Shown here piece by piece: positions 51,126 through 60,931 of a stretch of DNA of 64,000 nt. A model generated the notes under the pieces. The model searched no databases. It worked only from the letters and a program-made list of their open reading frames with translations, and was not told the DNA's origin. Position numbers and translations under genes: made by a program. The stretch covers positions 1,376,001-1,440,000 of the forward strand of contig JASGHG010000001.1 in assembly GCA_047602425.1 (NCBI GenBank). The letters are read 5' to 3'. The number at the start of each line of letters is the position of its first letter. The first letter of the stretch is position 1. The stretch is from Nibricoccus sp. Lineage in GTDB: Bacteria > Verrucomicrobiota > Verrucomicrobiia > Opitutales > Opitutaceae.

Positions 51126-52244
51126 ATGTCAGAAGTAACTACGTCCGGCGAAGCCTCGGTGGCCCCCGTCGAGACTCCCAGCGCGCCGCCCGCCCCTGTT
51201 CCCGCTTTCGGAAACAGCCGTGGATCGGGTTTGGCGCGCGGCAAGCGCCCCAGCGCCTCCGCCCCCGCCACCAAAGAAGCCGCCTCCGGCAACTACCAAC
51301 CGACCTCCATACAGGTCGTTAACCACCAGCGAGAGTACAAAAATCCGTTCGCTCCCGAGCCCGCCTCCACTCCTGCCGCCACCGAAACCGCCGCAGTGAA
51401 GACAGAACAGCCCGTCGCAAACGTTCCCGCAGAGCAATCCGCTCCCGCCGCCCCGGCCCCCGTCGCTTCCGTGACCCCGGCCGCAGTCGAAACCAACACG
51501 CCCGCTCCTCAAGCGGCCGTAGAACCCAAAGCCGAACTCAAGATCCTTCCTCCGGAGGAAAAACCCCGCCCCGCCCAAAGCTGGGAAATTGGCGGTTCGT
51601 CTTCTCAACCAACTTCCACCTCCAACACCGGTTCTCGTCGCGAAGGCCGTCCAGACTTCCGTTCCGAGCGCCGCGAACCGCGTCAGGAACGCGGTGAATT
51701 CCGTCCGCGCGAGCGCCGGGAAGGCGATCGTCGCGAGCAATCCGGCGAACAACGTCGCGAAGGCGGCGAGCAGCGCCGTGAACAACGCACGTTTGAACCG
51801 AAGCCCACGCCCGCCGTCACAGAAGCTAAAAAATCCGGCTTCCTCGGCTGGCTAAAAGGTCTTTTCGGCGGCGACACGACCGAACAAACCCAAGCCAAGC
51901 CTGAACAACGCCAAGACGGACGTTCTGGCGACGGTCGGCGTTACGAGGGCAATCGCGGCGGCCGTCATCACCATCGCGGTGGACACGGTCGCGGCGGCTA
52001 TCGAGGCGACAATCGCGGCGGAAACCGTCCACAGTTCGGTTCCGGTCCAGAAGGTCACGGCCAGCATCAAGGCGGCCCAAATCCTGAATCGCACGGCCAT
52101 AGCGGCGAGCAGCGTCGTTTCGACGATGGCAATCGTGGCGGCGGTCGTCGTCATCACCGCGGCGGACGCGGTCGTTTCCGCGGCGACAATCGCGGCGGCG
52201 AACATCGCTCCGACAGCGGCCCGTCGAACGGAGCGACCAGTTAA
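51126..52244 (+). CDS. Intrinsically disordered protein with amphipathic helix and RGG/Arg-rich tail
   Basis: Pro/Ala/Thr-rich N-half, R/E block, KKSGFLGWLKGLFGG, repeated NRGG/HHRGG; followed by a terminator. Confidence 0.7.
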   Translation: MSEVTTSGEASVAPVETPSAPPAPVPAFGNSRGSGLARGKRPSASAPATKEAASGNYQPTSIQVVNHQREYKNPFAPEPASTPAATETAAVKTEQPVANVPAEQSAPAAPAPVASVTPAAVETNTPAPQAAVEPKAELKILPPEEKPRPAQSWEIGGSSSQPTSTSNTGSRREGRPDFRSERREPRQERGEFRPRERREGDRREQSGEQRREGGEQRREQRTFEPKPTPAVTEAKKSGFLGWLKGLFGGDTTEQTQAKPEQRQDGRSGDGRRYEGNRGGRHHHRGGHGRGGYRGDNRGGNRPQFGSGPEGHGQHQGGPNPESHGHSGEQRRFDDGNRGGGRRHHRGGRGRFRGDNRGGEHRSDSGPSNGATS

Positions 52245-52278
52245 ACCTTGCCAAAGCAGCCCCCGCTGCACGCATTTC

Positions 52279-52308
52279 AAGGCGTTCGTTTCGACGAACG
52301 CCTTTTTT
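52279..52308 (+). terminator. Intrinsic terminator
   Basis: AAGGCGTTCGT-ttcg-ACGAACGCCTTTTTT. Confidence 0.85.
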
Positions 52309-52366
52309 ATTTCCGGCGCACGCGCGCCAGCTTAGCTTTTCCGCAACCAACTCGCACCTCGCCCTC

Positions 52367-53656
52367 ATGGCCGATCTCATTGTCAACGGCGGCAAGCCTC
52401 TTTCCGGTACGATCACTCCGTCCGGCAACAAAAATTCCGCGCTCCCTATCGTCTGCGCCTCGTTGCTCACCGACGAACCGGTCACGCTGCAAAACGTACC
52501 CGAGATAACCGATATCGGCAAAATCGTGGCGTTCATGACCTCCCAAGGTTCGCGCGTCGATTGGAATAAAGCCACCGGCGAGATGCGGCTCGATCATTCC
52601 GGTTTCAGGAACACGCTTCTCAATTACGAGCTGCCGCAGGATATGCGTTCCACGGTGTTGCTTTATCCCGCGCTTCTGCGTCGCGTGAAAAAACTCTGCA
52701 TCAGCGCCAATGCCACCGGCTGCTCGCTCGGCGTGCGCGAGATCGATCCGCACCTTGAAATCTTTGCCAAGCTCGGCGCCCGCGTTACACCGGGCGAACC
52801 ACTCGTGATCGAGTTGCCCGATCGTTTTAAAGGCGATCGCCACTGGTGCGATTACATGTCGGTCACCGTCACGGAAAATTTCGTGATGTGCGCCGCCCTC
52901 GCAAAAGGCGCGTCGACGCTCATCAACGCCGCCAGTGAACCGCACGTCCAGGACCTCTGCGCTTTCCTGGTTTCGATGGGCGCGAAAATTGAAGGCATCG
53001 GGACCAGCATGCTCCGCGTCGAGGGCATTGACCGGCTCCGCGGCACCACCGCCACGATCAATACCGATTATCACGAGGTCGTCACCTTCCTCGCGCTCGG
53101 CGCGATCACGGGCGGCGAGGTCCGGGTCAAGCATTCGCTTCCGCACCACTTCGATTTGATCACGCGCGCGTTTAAAAAACTCGGCGTCGTCATCGAGCAC
53201 GAAGGCGATACCGCCGTCGTCCGGCGAAATCAGTCGCTCGTTATCGAACAACCCTACACCACTAATCTGTTGCCAAAAATCGAAGCCGCGCCGTGGCCGT
53301 ATTTCTCCGTGGATCTCCTGCCTCTCATGATCGCCCTGAGCACGCGCGCCAACGGTACGATTCTATTTTGGAACAAAGTTTACGAAAATGGATTCTCATG
53401 GATGCCTGAGCTCGCGAAATTCGGCGCCCATGTCGTCGTCAACGACCCGCACCGCATTGTGATCTTTGGCAATCGCCCTCTCCGTCCAACGATCGTCGAC
53501 GCGCCCTATGTCATTCGCGCGACCATCGCGCTTTACATGGTCGCCGCGAGCATCCCCGGCCGCAGCATTGTGAAAAACGCCGACACGATCAAACGCGCCC
53601 ACCCGCGCTTTGTCGAAAATCTCCGCGCCCTCGGCGCCGAAGTGGAGTGGAAATAA
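52367..53656 (+). CDS. murA: UDP-N-acetylglucosamine 1-carboxyvinyltransferase
   Basis: [25 protein letters not shown] (active-site Cys), [15 protein letters not shown]. Confidence 0.9.
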   Translation: MADLIVNGGKPLSGTITPSGNKNSALPIVCASLLTDEPVTLQNVPEITDIGKIVAFMTSQGSRVDWNKATGEMRLDHSGFRNTLLNYELPQDMRSTVLLYPALLRRVKKLCISANATGCSLGVREIDPHLEIFAKLGARVTPGEPLVIELPDRFKGDRHWCDYMSVTVTENFVMCAALAKGASTLINAASEPHVQDLCAFLVSMGAKIEGIGTSMLRVEGIDRLRGTTATINTDYHEVVTFLALGAITGGEVRVKHSLPHHFDLITRAFKKLGVVIEHEGDTAVVRRNQSLVIEQPYTTNLLPKIEAAPWPYFSVDLLPLMIALSTRANGTILFWNKVYENGFSWMPELAKFGAHVVVNDPHRIVIFGNRPLRPTIVDAPYVIRATIALYMVAASIPGRSIVKNADTIKRAHPRFVENLRALGAEVEWK

Positions 53657-53660
53657 CCCA

Positions 53661-54707
53661 ATGCCCGCCGCATCTGATTCGTCCTCCAAAGGTGTCAATT
53701 TCCTGACCAACACCCTTGCTACGCCCGTGTCTCCCGCCGAGGCGGCGCTGCGTCCGCTGTCATTCGCCGATTTCACCGGGCAACCCAAAACCGTCGAACG
53801 TTTACAGGTTATGGTTGGTGCGGCAAAACGTCGCGGCGACCCGCTTAATCACGTCCTTCTCAGCGGCCCGCCTGGACTGGGCAAGACCACGCTCGCCTTC
53901 ATCCTCGGCCAGGAGCTCGGCAAAAATGTCCGCGTCACCTCGGGCCCCGTCGTCGAAAAAGCCGGCGACCTCGCCGGTCTTCTCACCAATTTGGAAGAAG
54001 GCGACATCCTTTTCATCGACGAAATCCACCGCATTCCGAAAACCGTGGAAGAGTATCTTTATTCGGCGATGGAGGATTTTCGCCTCGATATCATGATCGA
54101 TCAAGGGCCCAACGCCCGCAGCGTACGTCTCTCGATCCCCCGTTTCACCCTCGTCGGCGCCACTACGCGCGCCGGCCTTCTCACCGCTCCGCTCCGTTCG
54201 CGTTTCACGCTGCAAACACGCCTCGACTATTACGACGCCGACACGCTTACCGGCATCGTCAAACGCAGCTGCGGTCTGCTCAAAGTCGACATCGACGACA
54301 CTGGGGCCCGCGAAATAGCCACGCGCTCGCGCGGCACCCCTCGTGTAACCAATAATTTGATCCATTTTGTCCGCGATTTCGCCCAGGAACGCGCCAAGGG
54401 CAAAATCACGCAGTCCGTCGCCGCCGCCGCACTCGAACTTTTGGAAATCGACGCCGCCGGGCTCGACGAAATGGACAAACGCATGCTCCGCATCATGGCC
54501 GAAAACTACCGCGGCGGCCCCGTCGGCATGAGCACCATCGCCGTGGCTGTAGGTGAAGAAGCCGAGACGCTCGAAGAAGTGCATGAGCCATTTTTGATTC
54601 AGGAAGGTTATCTCCAGCGCACTCCGCAGGGCCGCGTGCTCACTCCCAAGGGCTACAACGCCATTGGCATGAAGTCCGCCACGGGCGGGCAGGCCACGTT
54701 GCTCTAG
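53661..54707 (+). CDS. ruvB: Holliday junction branch migration helicase RuvB
   Basis: [37 protein letters not shown]. Confidence 0.96.
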   Translation: MPAASDSSSKGVNFLTNTLATPVSPAEAALRPLSFADFTGQPKTVERLQVMVGAAKRRGDPLNHVLLSGPPGLGKTTLAFILGQELGKNVRVTSGPVVEKAGDLAGLLTNLEEGDILFIDEIHRIPKTVEEYLYSAMEDFRLDIMIDQGPNARSVRLSIPRFTLVGATTRAGLLTAPLRSRFTLQTRLDYYDADTLTGIVKRSCGLLKVDIDDTGAREIATRSRGTPRVTNNLIHFVRDFAQERAKGKITQSVAAAALELLEIDAAGLDEMDKRMLRIMAENYRGGPVGMSTIAVAVGEEAETLEEVHEPFLIQEGYLQRTPQGRVLTPKGYNAIGMKSATGGQATLL

Positions 54708-54722
54708 GTCAAACCCGAACTA

Positions 54723-54843
54723 TTTTACAGAAGGTAAAAAAGGAAACGAAGCACTGCAAGTGCGCTTCGTCATCTTCCAAGCCATGGAACTTGGGTACAG
54801 AAACACCTGCATCGCTTCGTTCCCTTCGTTCTCTTCTGTAAAA
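54723..54843. repeat. Intergenic ~120-bp hairpin element with 9-nt periodic arms
   Basis: TTTTACAGAAG...AACGAAGC / GCTTCGTT...CTTCTGTAAAA inverted ends. Confidence 0.6.
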
Positions 54844-54942
54844 AGATTCCGGTCGTTACCTCAATTTCACACGGAGCGATTCGGCTCGTCAGGAAAAGGC
54901 TCGAAGCTCTTTCGCGTTCGTTCATGTTTCATTGTCATGCGC

Positions 54943-55983
54943 ATGTCACACTCCCTCCTTTTTGTCGCCGCCATGTTTTGTTCCTCGCTTTCTGTTTTCG
55001 CGTGGGACTACGAAGGCCACCGCACGATCAATCTGCTCGCGGTCGAATCCTTGCCTACGGATTTTCCGGCCTTCGCAAAAACGCCCGAAGCCCGCGAACG
55101 CATCGGCTTCCTCGCCGGCGAACCCGACCGCTGGCGCAATGTCCCGGATCTCGCTTTGCGCCACGCCGGTGGTCCCGACCACTACATTGACATTGAAGAA
55201 CTGGAGGACGCCGGTCTCGCTCCCGCCGAACTCAACGAATTCCGCCATCTCTACACCGTGCAATACGCCGCTGGCCGCGCCGCGCACCCCGACCGTTTTG
55301 CCCCGATCGACCCGGAGAAAAACAAGGATCATGTCCGCGAACTCGCCGGTTACCTGCCTTGGTCGATAACCGAATGTTATGCCCGTCTTAAATCCGGGTT
55401 TTCCTATCTGAAAGCCTTCGAAGAGCGCGGCGGCACACCCGAGGAAATCGCCAATGCCAAGGCCAACATCATCTACCTCATGGGCGTGATGGGGCACTAC
55501 GTCGGCGACGGCGCTCAACCGCTCCATACCACTAAACATTTCAATGGTTGGGCGGGCGAAAATCCGAAAGGCTACACCACGGCACGCACATTTCACGGCT
55601 GGATTGACTCCGGTTTTCTCAACAAAACCGGCGGCATTTCGGCCGCAAAACTCATCACCCGGATTAAACCCGCCGCTTATCTGCCGCCCCCGGCAAATGC
55701 CAATGGCCGCAGTCCGCTTTTTGTAAACGTCCTCAACTACATCATGGCCCAGCAAAAGCAGGTCGAGCCGCTCTATGCGCTGGAAAAAGCGGGAAAACTC
55801 TCCCCTGAAAAACCGGAATCCGCCGAAGGTCGAACTTTCCTCGAGGAACAAATTCTCGTCGCCGGCAACATGCTCGGGAGCCTCTGGGTGACAGCTTGGA
55901 AAGAAGCCCCGATCGACACCTATCTCATTTCGACGCTCGAGCAACGCAAGGCAGCCGCAGCCGCCGCGCATCCCGCGCCATAA
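54943..55983 (+). CDS. Secreted S1/P1 nuclease (zinc-dependent PLC/P1 fold)
   Basis: Signal then W-DYEGH, PD.WR, HYID, HYVGDGAQPLH, HGWID. Confidence 0.8.
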   Translation: MSHSLLFVAAMFCSSLSVFAWDYEGHRTINLLAVESLPTDFPAFAKTPEARERIGFLAGEPDRWRNVPDLALRHAGGPDHYIDIEELEDAGLAPAELNEFRHLYTVQYAAGRAAHPDRFAPIDPEKNKDHVRELAGYLPWSITECYARLKSGFSYLKAFEERGGTPEEIANAKANIIYLMGVMGHYVGDGAQPLHTTKHFNGWAGENPKGYTTARTFHGWIDSGFLNKTGGISAAKLITRIKPAAYLPPPANANGRSPLFVNVLNYIMAQQKQVEPLYALEKAGKLSPEKPESAEGRTFLEEQILVAGNMLGSLWVTAWKEAPIDTYLISTLEQRKAAAAAAHPAP

Positions 55984-56047
55984 AGAGGTCTAGAGCACAT
56001 ACAATAAAACCGTAGCCGTAAACGGTGTTATGAACCGAGCTGCCTTC

Positions 56048-56116
56048 GTAGGGGCGCAGTCTTGCTGCGCCCTTTCTGCGGCAGCCAAACCGGGCGCAGC
56101 AAGACTGCGCTCCTAC
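56048..56116. repeat. GTAG-type REP doublet (REPIN)
   Basis: GTAGGGGCGCAGTCTTGCTGCGCCC and inverted GGGCGCAGCAAGACTGCGCTCCTAC (24/25 identical), each an internal hairpin. Confidence 0.85.
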
Positions 56117-56179
56117 ACCCGGAGTTGTGCGGCTATGACTCACAGCCCGAGATCCTCGCGGGAATACTCCCACCGGGGG

Positions 56180-57241
56180 CTACTTGCTGTTTTGCGAAGC
56201 CCGCAATGGGCTCAGCGTCGCGCCGTAAGCGCGTATGCCTTTCGCAATCGACTCGGCGATTTCCTGGCGGTATTCGCCGGTTGAGATTTTGCGGGCCTCC
56301 ATCTCGCTCGAAAGAAACCCCGCTTCGACCAGTAGGCCCGGGCAGTTCAAGCTGCGCAAGACGCCGAAGTGGGCGATTTTTTTCCCGCGATCGAAGGTCT
56401 TCAGCGTGCCGATCATTTCGCGATGCATGAAATAGGCGACGAGCGAACTCCAATGATCGTATTTATTGACGGGCGAAGGATCGTTTTCGGTATCGTCAAC
56501 CCTGCCGCCCGAAGCGTCGGTCGAACAGACTCCCGCTGGCGCGAAGGTGAAAATCTCAACGCCGTGCGTCTTGGTGTCGCGAGGAAGCGAATTGAAATGA
56601 ATGCTGACAAACAGGTCCGCGCCATAAGTATTGGCGGTAACAGATCGTATCGGTAACTCGATTTTTGTATCTGTCTCACGGGTCAGGATGACTTTAAATC
56701 CCTCGAGGCGCAGGATGCGGGCAAGGCGGACGGCCACATCCATCGTGAGCTTTTTCTCCATCAGACCGAGGCGGGTATTTTGCGCGCCGTTGTCAACGCC
56801 ACCATGGCCTGGATCAATGGCAATAACCCGGAGATCGGGCACGGAAGCTTGAAGGTATCCAGGACGCAGAATCGGACCAATGAGGCGCTCGGCGTCGACC
56901 CGGCTCAAATAGGGAACGCGTCTTTCAACGCGGCAGGGCTCGCCAAGGAGAATACGCAGGCCGTTGATTTCCGCTTCGCGCGAGTCGTTGGCGAGTTCGA
57001 TTTTCCAACGTTCATTTTGCAGCAGCAGACGTTCGTCGCGTTTCAACCAAGTGCCGCGAAGACCCCAACGTTTTTCCAAATCGGCGATGGGGACATATTC
57101 GACACCGCCAATTTTCACCGTGGTCGCACTGCGCTTGGGCGGCATCCGGAGCGGCTGCGAATGCGGCGACTGAGCGGCAGCTTCGAGAGCAAGGCTTACC
57201 AGCACGATCAGGAGCAAAAGTTGCTTCTTGAGGGCTGGCAC
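56180..57241 (-). CDS. N-acetylmuramoyl-L-alanine amidase (Amidase_3)
   Basis: IDPGHGG, MEK, LTRETD, FVSIHFNS, LVEAGFLS; signal peptide. Confidence 0.92.
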   Translation of the reverse strand: MPALKKQLLLLIVLVSLALEAAAQSPHSQPLRMPPKRSATTVKIGGVEYVPIADLEKRWGLRGTWLKRDERLLLQNERWKIELANDSREAEINGLRILLGEPCRVERRVPYLSRVDAERLIGPILRPGYLQASVPDLRVIAIDPGHGGVDNGAQNTRLGLMEKKLTMDVAVRLARILRLEGFKVILTRETDTKIELPIRSVTANTYGADLFVSIHFNSLPRDTKTHGVEIFTFAPAGVCSTDASGGRVDDTENDPSPVNKYDHWSSLVAYFMHREMIGTLKTFDRGKKIAHFGVLRSLNCPGLLVEAGFLSSEMEARKISTGEYRQEIAESIAKGIRAYGATLSPLRASQNSK

Positions 57242-57292
57242 GTCGTTCAGGTGGTGTGCGAAATTACGAACAGCGGGCGTCGAGGACGCCGT

Positions 57293-57949
57293 TTATTCCT
57301 GCTCGTCCTCGTCATCCGCCACATGCTCGGCAGTGTTCTTGTCACGCGTGTGGAGCTTGGGCTTGCGCTTGTTGACCGGCAGCGGTGTGAGCATGACGTT
57401 GATCTGTTTGCCGAGAAGCTTTGGTTCGCTATCGGGATGCCCCATGTTCTCGAGTTCGGAGAGAGCGCGTTTGATGACGTCGAAACCGATTTCGGTGTGA
57501 GCCATTTCGCGGCCGCGGAACTTGAGGCGAAGTTTGACCTTGTTGCCATGGTCGAGGAACTCCTCGGCATGACGGAGCTTGGTCATAAAGTCGTTGGGCT
57601 CGATGCGGGCGCTGAATTCGATTTCCTTGATCTTGCTCGCCGTGGCCTTCGCGTGGGAATGCTTCTTCTGTTCCTCGTAGACGTATTTGCCGAAATCCAT
57701 GATGCGGCAAACGGGAGGCTGGGCGTTCGGCGCCACTTCGACAAGGTCGAGACCGTACTGGACGGCGAGTTGGAGCGCCTTCTCGGTGGGCAAAATTCCG
57801 AGTTGGGTGCCTTCGGGGCTGATCACGCGAATCGACGGAACCTTGATGCGTTGGTTGCGGCGGATGCTCGCAAACGGGTCGTTGTTGGTACGACGCTGGT
57901 ACTGACCGGGGCGGGAGCTGCTGCTCGATGAGGGGAACGAATTAGCCAT
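57293..57949 (-). CDS. infC: Translation initiation factor IF-3
   Basis: NQRI...IRVI, LDLVEVAPNAQPPVCRIMDFGKYVYE, KVKLRLKFRGRE. Confidence 0.95.
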   Translation of the reverse strand: MANSFPSSSSSSRPGQYQRRTNNDPFASIRRNQRIKVPSIRVISPEGTQLGILPTEKALQLAVQYGLDLVEVAPNAQPPVCRIMDFGKYVYEEQKKHSHAKATASKIKEIEFSARIEPNDFMTKLRHAEEFLDHGNKVKLRLKFRGREMAHTEIGFDVIKRALSELENMGHPDSEPKLLGKQINVMLTPLPVNKRKPKLHTRDKNTAEHVADDEDEQE

Positions 57950-58089
57950 CAATAATTAGGTTTTCTTGGATTAAGTCGGAATTCTTTTCGCTGGGAAGGC
58001 GCTGGCTGACAACACCTATTTAGCTGGGATGCGCAGGTTTCACGTTCCTTAACTCCCGGCGAAAAACAGGTTTTGCGGGCCGGTCGGTA

Positions 58090-58512
58090 TCATACGCTGA
58101 AGCTTTCCCCGCAGGAACAGCTGGCTTTGGCGTTGGGATTAGTGAACTTGAAACCGCCGCCAATCATGCGATTGGAGTAATCCAAGACAGTGCCCTTCAA
58201 GTACAAAGCCGTTTTTGAATCAACGAGAACCGCGGTGCCAGCCGTGCGCACGAGGATGTCACCACGTTTCGGCTCGGGTGCGAACCGCAGCTTGTAACTG
58301 AGACCATTGCACCCGCCACCCGTGATGGCAATGCGCAGGTAATTGCCCTGCGAAGGATCGCGGGCGATCAGCGCTCGGGTCTTTTCTCCAGCCGGTTCGG
58401 TCAACCTCACCAATTGTTCACCGCCCTCGCGCACCCCCTCGGGAAGTGGCGTGGGCAAAATACCCGCCGGCATGCTGGCGGTGGAAACTGGTTTGGCTTC
58501 GGTCAATGACAT
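58090..58512 (-). CDS. HesB/IscA-family A-type Fe-S carrier
   Basis: GGGCNGLSY, FTNPNAKASCSCGESF. Confidence 0.92.
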   Translation of the reverse strand: MSLTEAKPVSTASMPAGILPTPLPEGVREGGEQLVRLTEPAGEKTRALIARDPSQGNYLRIAITGGGCNGLSYKLRFAPEPKRGDILVRTAGTAVLVDSKTALYLKGTVLDYSNRMIGGGFKFTNPNAKASCSCGESFSV

Positions 58513-58518
58513 CGGCCA

Positions 58519-59442
58519 CTATCGTCCGGAACGCAGATTTATCAAGCGGCGTGCCACAGTCACCGCGTTGGCAAAGCTTTGCGCGCTTGCCACGCCCTTT
58601 CCGGCGATGCCAAAGGCAGTACCGTGATCCGGACTTGTACGCACGTGGCGGAGGCCGAGCGTGACGTTCACCGCCTCGTCAAAGTCGATTGTTTTAAGGG
58701 GCGCGAGCCCCTGATCGTGGTACAACGCCACGATAACGTCGAATTCGCCCTTGAGCGAACGTCCGAAGACCGTATCCGCCGGTTCACTACGCGAAAGGCC
58801 GGGGTGTGAGGCGCGGAGACGGTCGAGCGCAGGATCCAAAATATCGCGCTCCTCGGCGCCGAGCAAACCGCCCTCCCCCGCATGGGGATTGAGCCCGCAA
58901 ACCGCAATACGCGGCGAAGAGAAACCGTCGGCCCGTGCCAGCTCGTCGGCCGCGCGAACGGCCCGGCCGATATTTACCTCCGTCAATTGATTCGGCACTT
59001 CGCGCAGCGGAATGTGCCAGCTGAGCAAGACTACCCGCAACCGCCCGCCGCAGAATGCCATCGTCGGCTCTCCGCCCCACCGGTCGGCAAAAAATTCAGT
59101 CTGGCCGGGAAAGGGATAGCCGGCTTTTTGCAGCCAGCTTTTGCTCACGGGTCCGGTGACAACACCGGTGAACTCGCCATCTTTCGTCCCCTTCGCAGCC
59201 CGTTCCATCGCAGCCAATGCGACCTGCGCGCCGACAACGGAAGGCTCGCCCGGCTTCGCGATAAAATCCGCGGGTCCCACCGGCACAGCCAGCGCACCGT
59301 GCAATGAAATCTTGTTCAACCAACTTGCAGGTCCAAGCAAGGTCGTGGCCGAAGCGTCGGCAGGATGGTTCTTCAACCAGGTCTCAATGATTTCCGGACC
59401 GACGCCAGCCGGGTCGCCGCAGGTCAGTGCGAGCCTATTCAT
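58519..59442 (-). CDS. pdxA: 4-hydroxythreonine-4-phosphate dehydrogenase
   Basis: GDPAGVGPE, GLNPHAGEGG, YHDQGL, RTSPDHGTAF. Confidence 0.93.
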   Translation of the reverse strand: MNRLALTCGDPAGVGPEIIETWLKNHPADASATTLLGPASWLNKISLHGALAVPVGPADFIAKPGEPSVVGAQVALAAMERAAKGTKDGEFTGVVTGPVSKSWLQKAGYPFPGQTEFFADRWGGEPTMAFCGGRLRVVLLSWHIPLREVPNQLTEVNIGRAVRAADELARADGFSSPRIAVCGLNPHAGEGGLLGAEERDILDPALDRLRASHPGLSRSEPADTVFGRSLKGEFDVIVALYHDQGLAPLKTIDFDEAVNVTLGLRHVRTSPDHGTAFGIAGKGVASAQSFANAVTVARRLINLRSGR

Positions 59443-60199
59443 CCCCGCTATCTCCGTTGGCAACGGCACGACGCGCACGGGCGAAACTGCGTTTGCCGCC
59501 CAGGAAAAATTCGAGGAACTGTTTCGCCTCCGTCGTGCCGTAGCCGCCCTTTTTGAGGGCAGTCTCAGCTACGTTGCGAATATTGCCGGGCGTGAAATAA
59601 ACCTCGTGAAACGCGCGCTTGAGTTCCACGACCGCAGCGCGACTGACACCCCGGCGTTTCAGGCCGACGAGATTGAGCCCAATCACATCGTCGCGTTCCG
59701 CGACCATCACGGAATGCGGTACGTCACGCGTGATCGAGGCGTTGCCCGCCACCATCACGCCTTCGCCGATGCGGCAGAATTGGTGAATTCCCACTCCTCC
59801 ACCGACAAAGGTGTTGTCGCCAATGCTGACATGGCCGGCCAGCATGACGTTGTTGCCCAGCACCACGTTTTTGCCGACGACGCAGTCGTGCGCCACGTGG
59901 ACGTTGGCCATGAGAAAACAACCTTCGCCAACCTCGGTAAAGCCCCCGGTTTTTGTGGAACGATTGACCGTAACGTGTTCGCGGAGCGTAGTGCCGGCGC
60001 CAATACGCACGCCGGATTCGGTCAGCCGGTCAAAGCGCAGGTCCTGCGGATCGCCGCCGATCACGGCATACGGGTGGACGGTGATGCGGTCGCCGAGCAA
60101 CGTGTGACGGCGTATGATGACGCCGGCATGCAGGTCGCAGTCGGAGCCAAGCTGTGCGTCGCGTTCGATGATGGCAGTCGGATGGATGGTGGTGGCCAC
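59435..60199 (-). CDS. lpxA: UDP-N-acetylglucosamine O-acyltransferase
   Basis: IHPTAII, PQDL, HVAHDC, LAGHV, HQFCRIG, GLNLVGLKRRG. Confidence 0.93.
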   Translation of the reverse strand: MATTIHPTAIIERDAQLGSDCDLHAGVIIRRHTLLGDRITVHPYAVIGGDPQDLRFDRLTESGVRIGAGTTLREHVTVNRSTKTGGFTEVGEGCFLMANVHVAHDCVVGKNVVLGNNVMLAGHVSIGDNTFVGGGVGIHQFCRIGEGVMVAGNASITRDVPHSVMVAERDDVIGLNLVGLKRRGVSRAAVVELKRAFHEVYFTPGNIRNVAETALKKGGYGTTEAKQFLEFFLGGKRSFARARRAVANGDSGDE

Positions 60200-60223
60200 G
60201 GTGCTTTGACGGTAATAAATAGT

Positions 60224-60877
60224 TTAGGTTTCAGAACGTCCGGCGCGTCGCGAGGGCGGCGGCGCGGCCGGAAGATCCAACTGGGCATCCTTCAGCAAGT
60301 CGTAGTTTTTCAGGATGCGCATCACGTGAAGCGTATCGCTTTTGATGTAGTTGCGGTTGACCTCGATCTTGTCGATGAGGTCGAGCAGCATCGACCGGAA
60401 CGAAATGATCGCGTCGACTCCGCGCTCTTTCAGCATCTGCACGCTTTGCGAGCGAAATGGTTCGGCAGTTGGCAGACTGGGCAGGACAAGGATTTTGGTT
60501 AGCGAGTCGGCACCCTCGGCGGGACCGCCGGCTTCATCGGCATCCGCCGGGAAAAAACGTGTGGCGTGTTTGAGCACGTTCTCCTCAAGGAAGCTGAAAA
60601 TTTCCGGCGAATTCTTCAGCATGCCGGGGGAAAAAACGTCGGAGTGCCAGCCTTTGACCGCGACCATTGCGCGATGGACGTTGGGGAGTTCGTTGGAAAA
60701 GAGAAAAAAATCCGGTTTGCGCGATCCGCGCTGGTACGCGGGATTATAGACAAGCAGATCGATTTCCTCGTCGCCGGTTTTGCGACGCGACTGCACTTGG
60801 TATTTGCGAACCTGGCGGACAAGAAATCCGTTTTGTTCGAAATACTCGCGAACAATGCCTTCGTCTATGGCGGCCAT
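60224..60877 (-). CDS. Conserved hypothetical protein, possible PD-(D/E)XK-like fold
   Basis: E..VREYFEQNGF...EIDLLV...VAVKGWH; co-oriented between aroB and lpxA. Confidence 0.6.
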   Translation of the reverse strand: MAAIDEGIVREYFEQNGFLVRQVRKYQVQSRRKTGDEEIDLLVYNPAYQRGSRKPDFFLFSNELPNVHRAMVAVKGWHSDVFSPGMLKNSPEIFSFLEENVLKHATRFFPADADEAGGPAEGADSLTKILVLPSLPTAEPFRSQSVQMLKERGVDAIISFRSMLLDLIDKIEVNRNYIKSDTLHVMRILKNYDLLKDAQLDLPAAPPPSRRAGRSET

Positions 60878-60931
60878 GGCGCTAGCATCGGGGAATCCGG
60901 CGTGGGAATCGAGGTTTTTCCCTCCGGCGCA

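Noticed and set aside
51126..52244. Call as IF-2, RNase E or DEAD-box helicase
   Set aside because: Only compositional resemblance; no GTPase, nuclease or helicase motifs.
59141..60502. 453-aa plus-strand ORF (likewise 56780..57931, 25195..26361, 6607..7719)
   Set aside because: These lie opposite well-supported genes (pdxA/lpxA, infC/amidase, lpdA, MCP) and are shadow frames.
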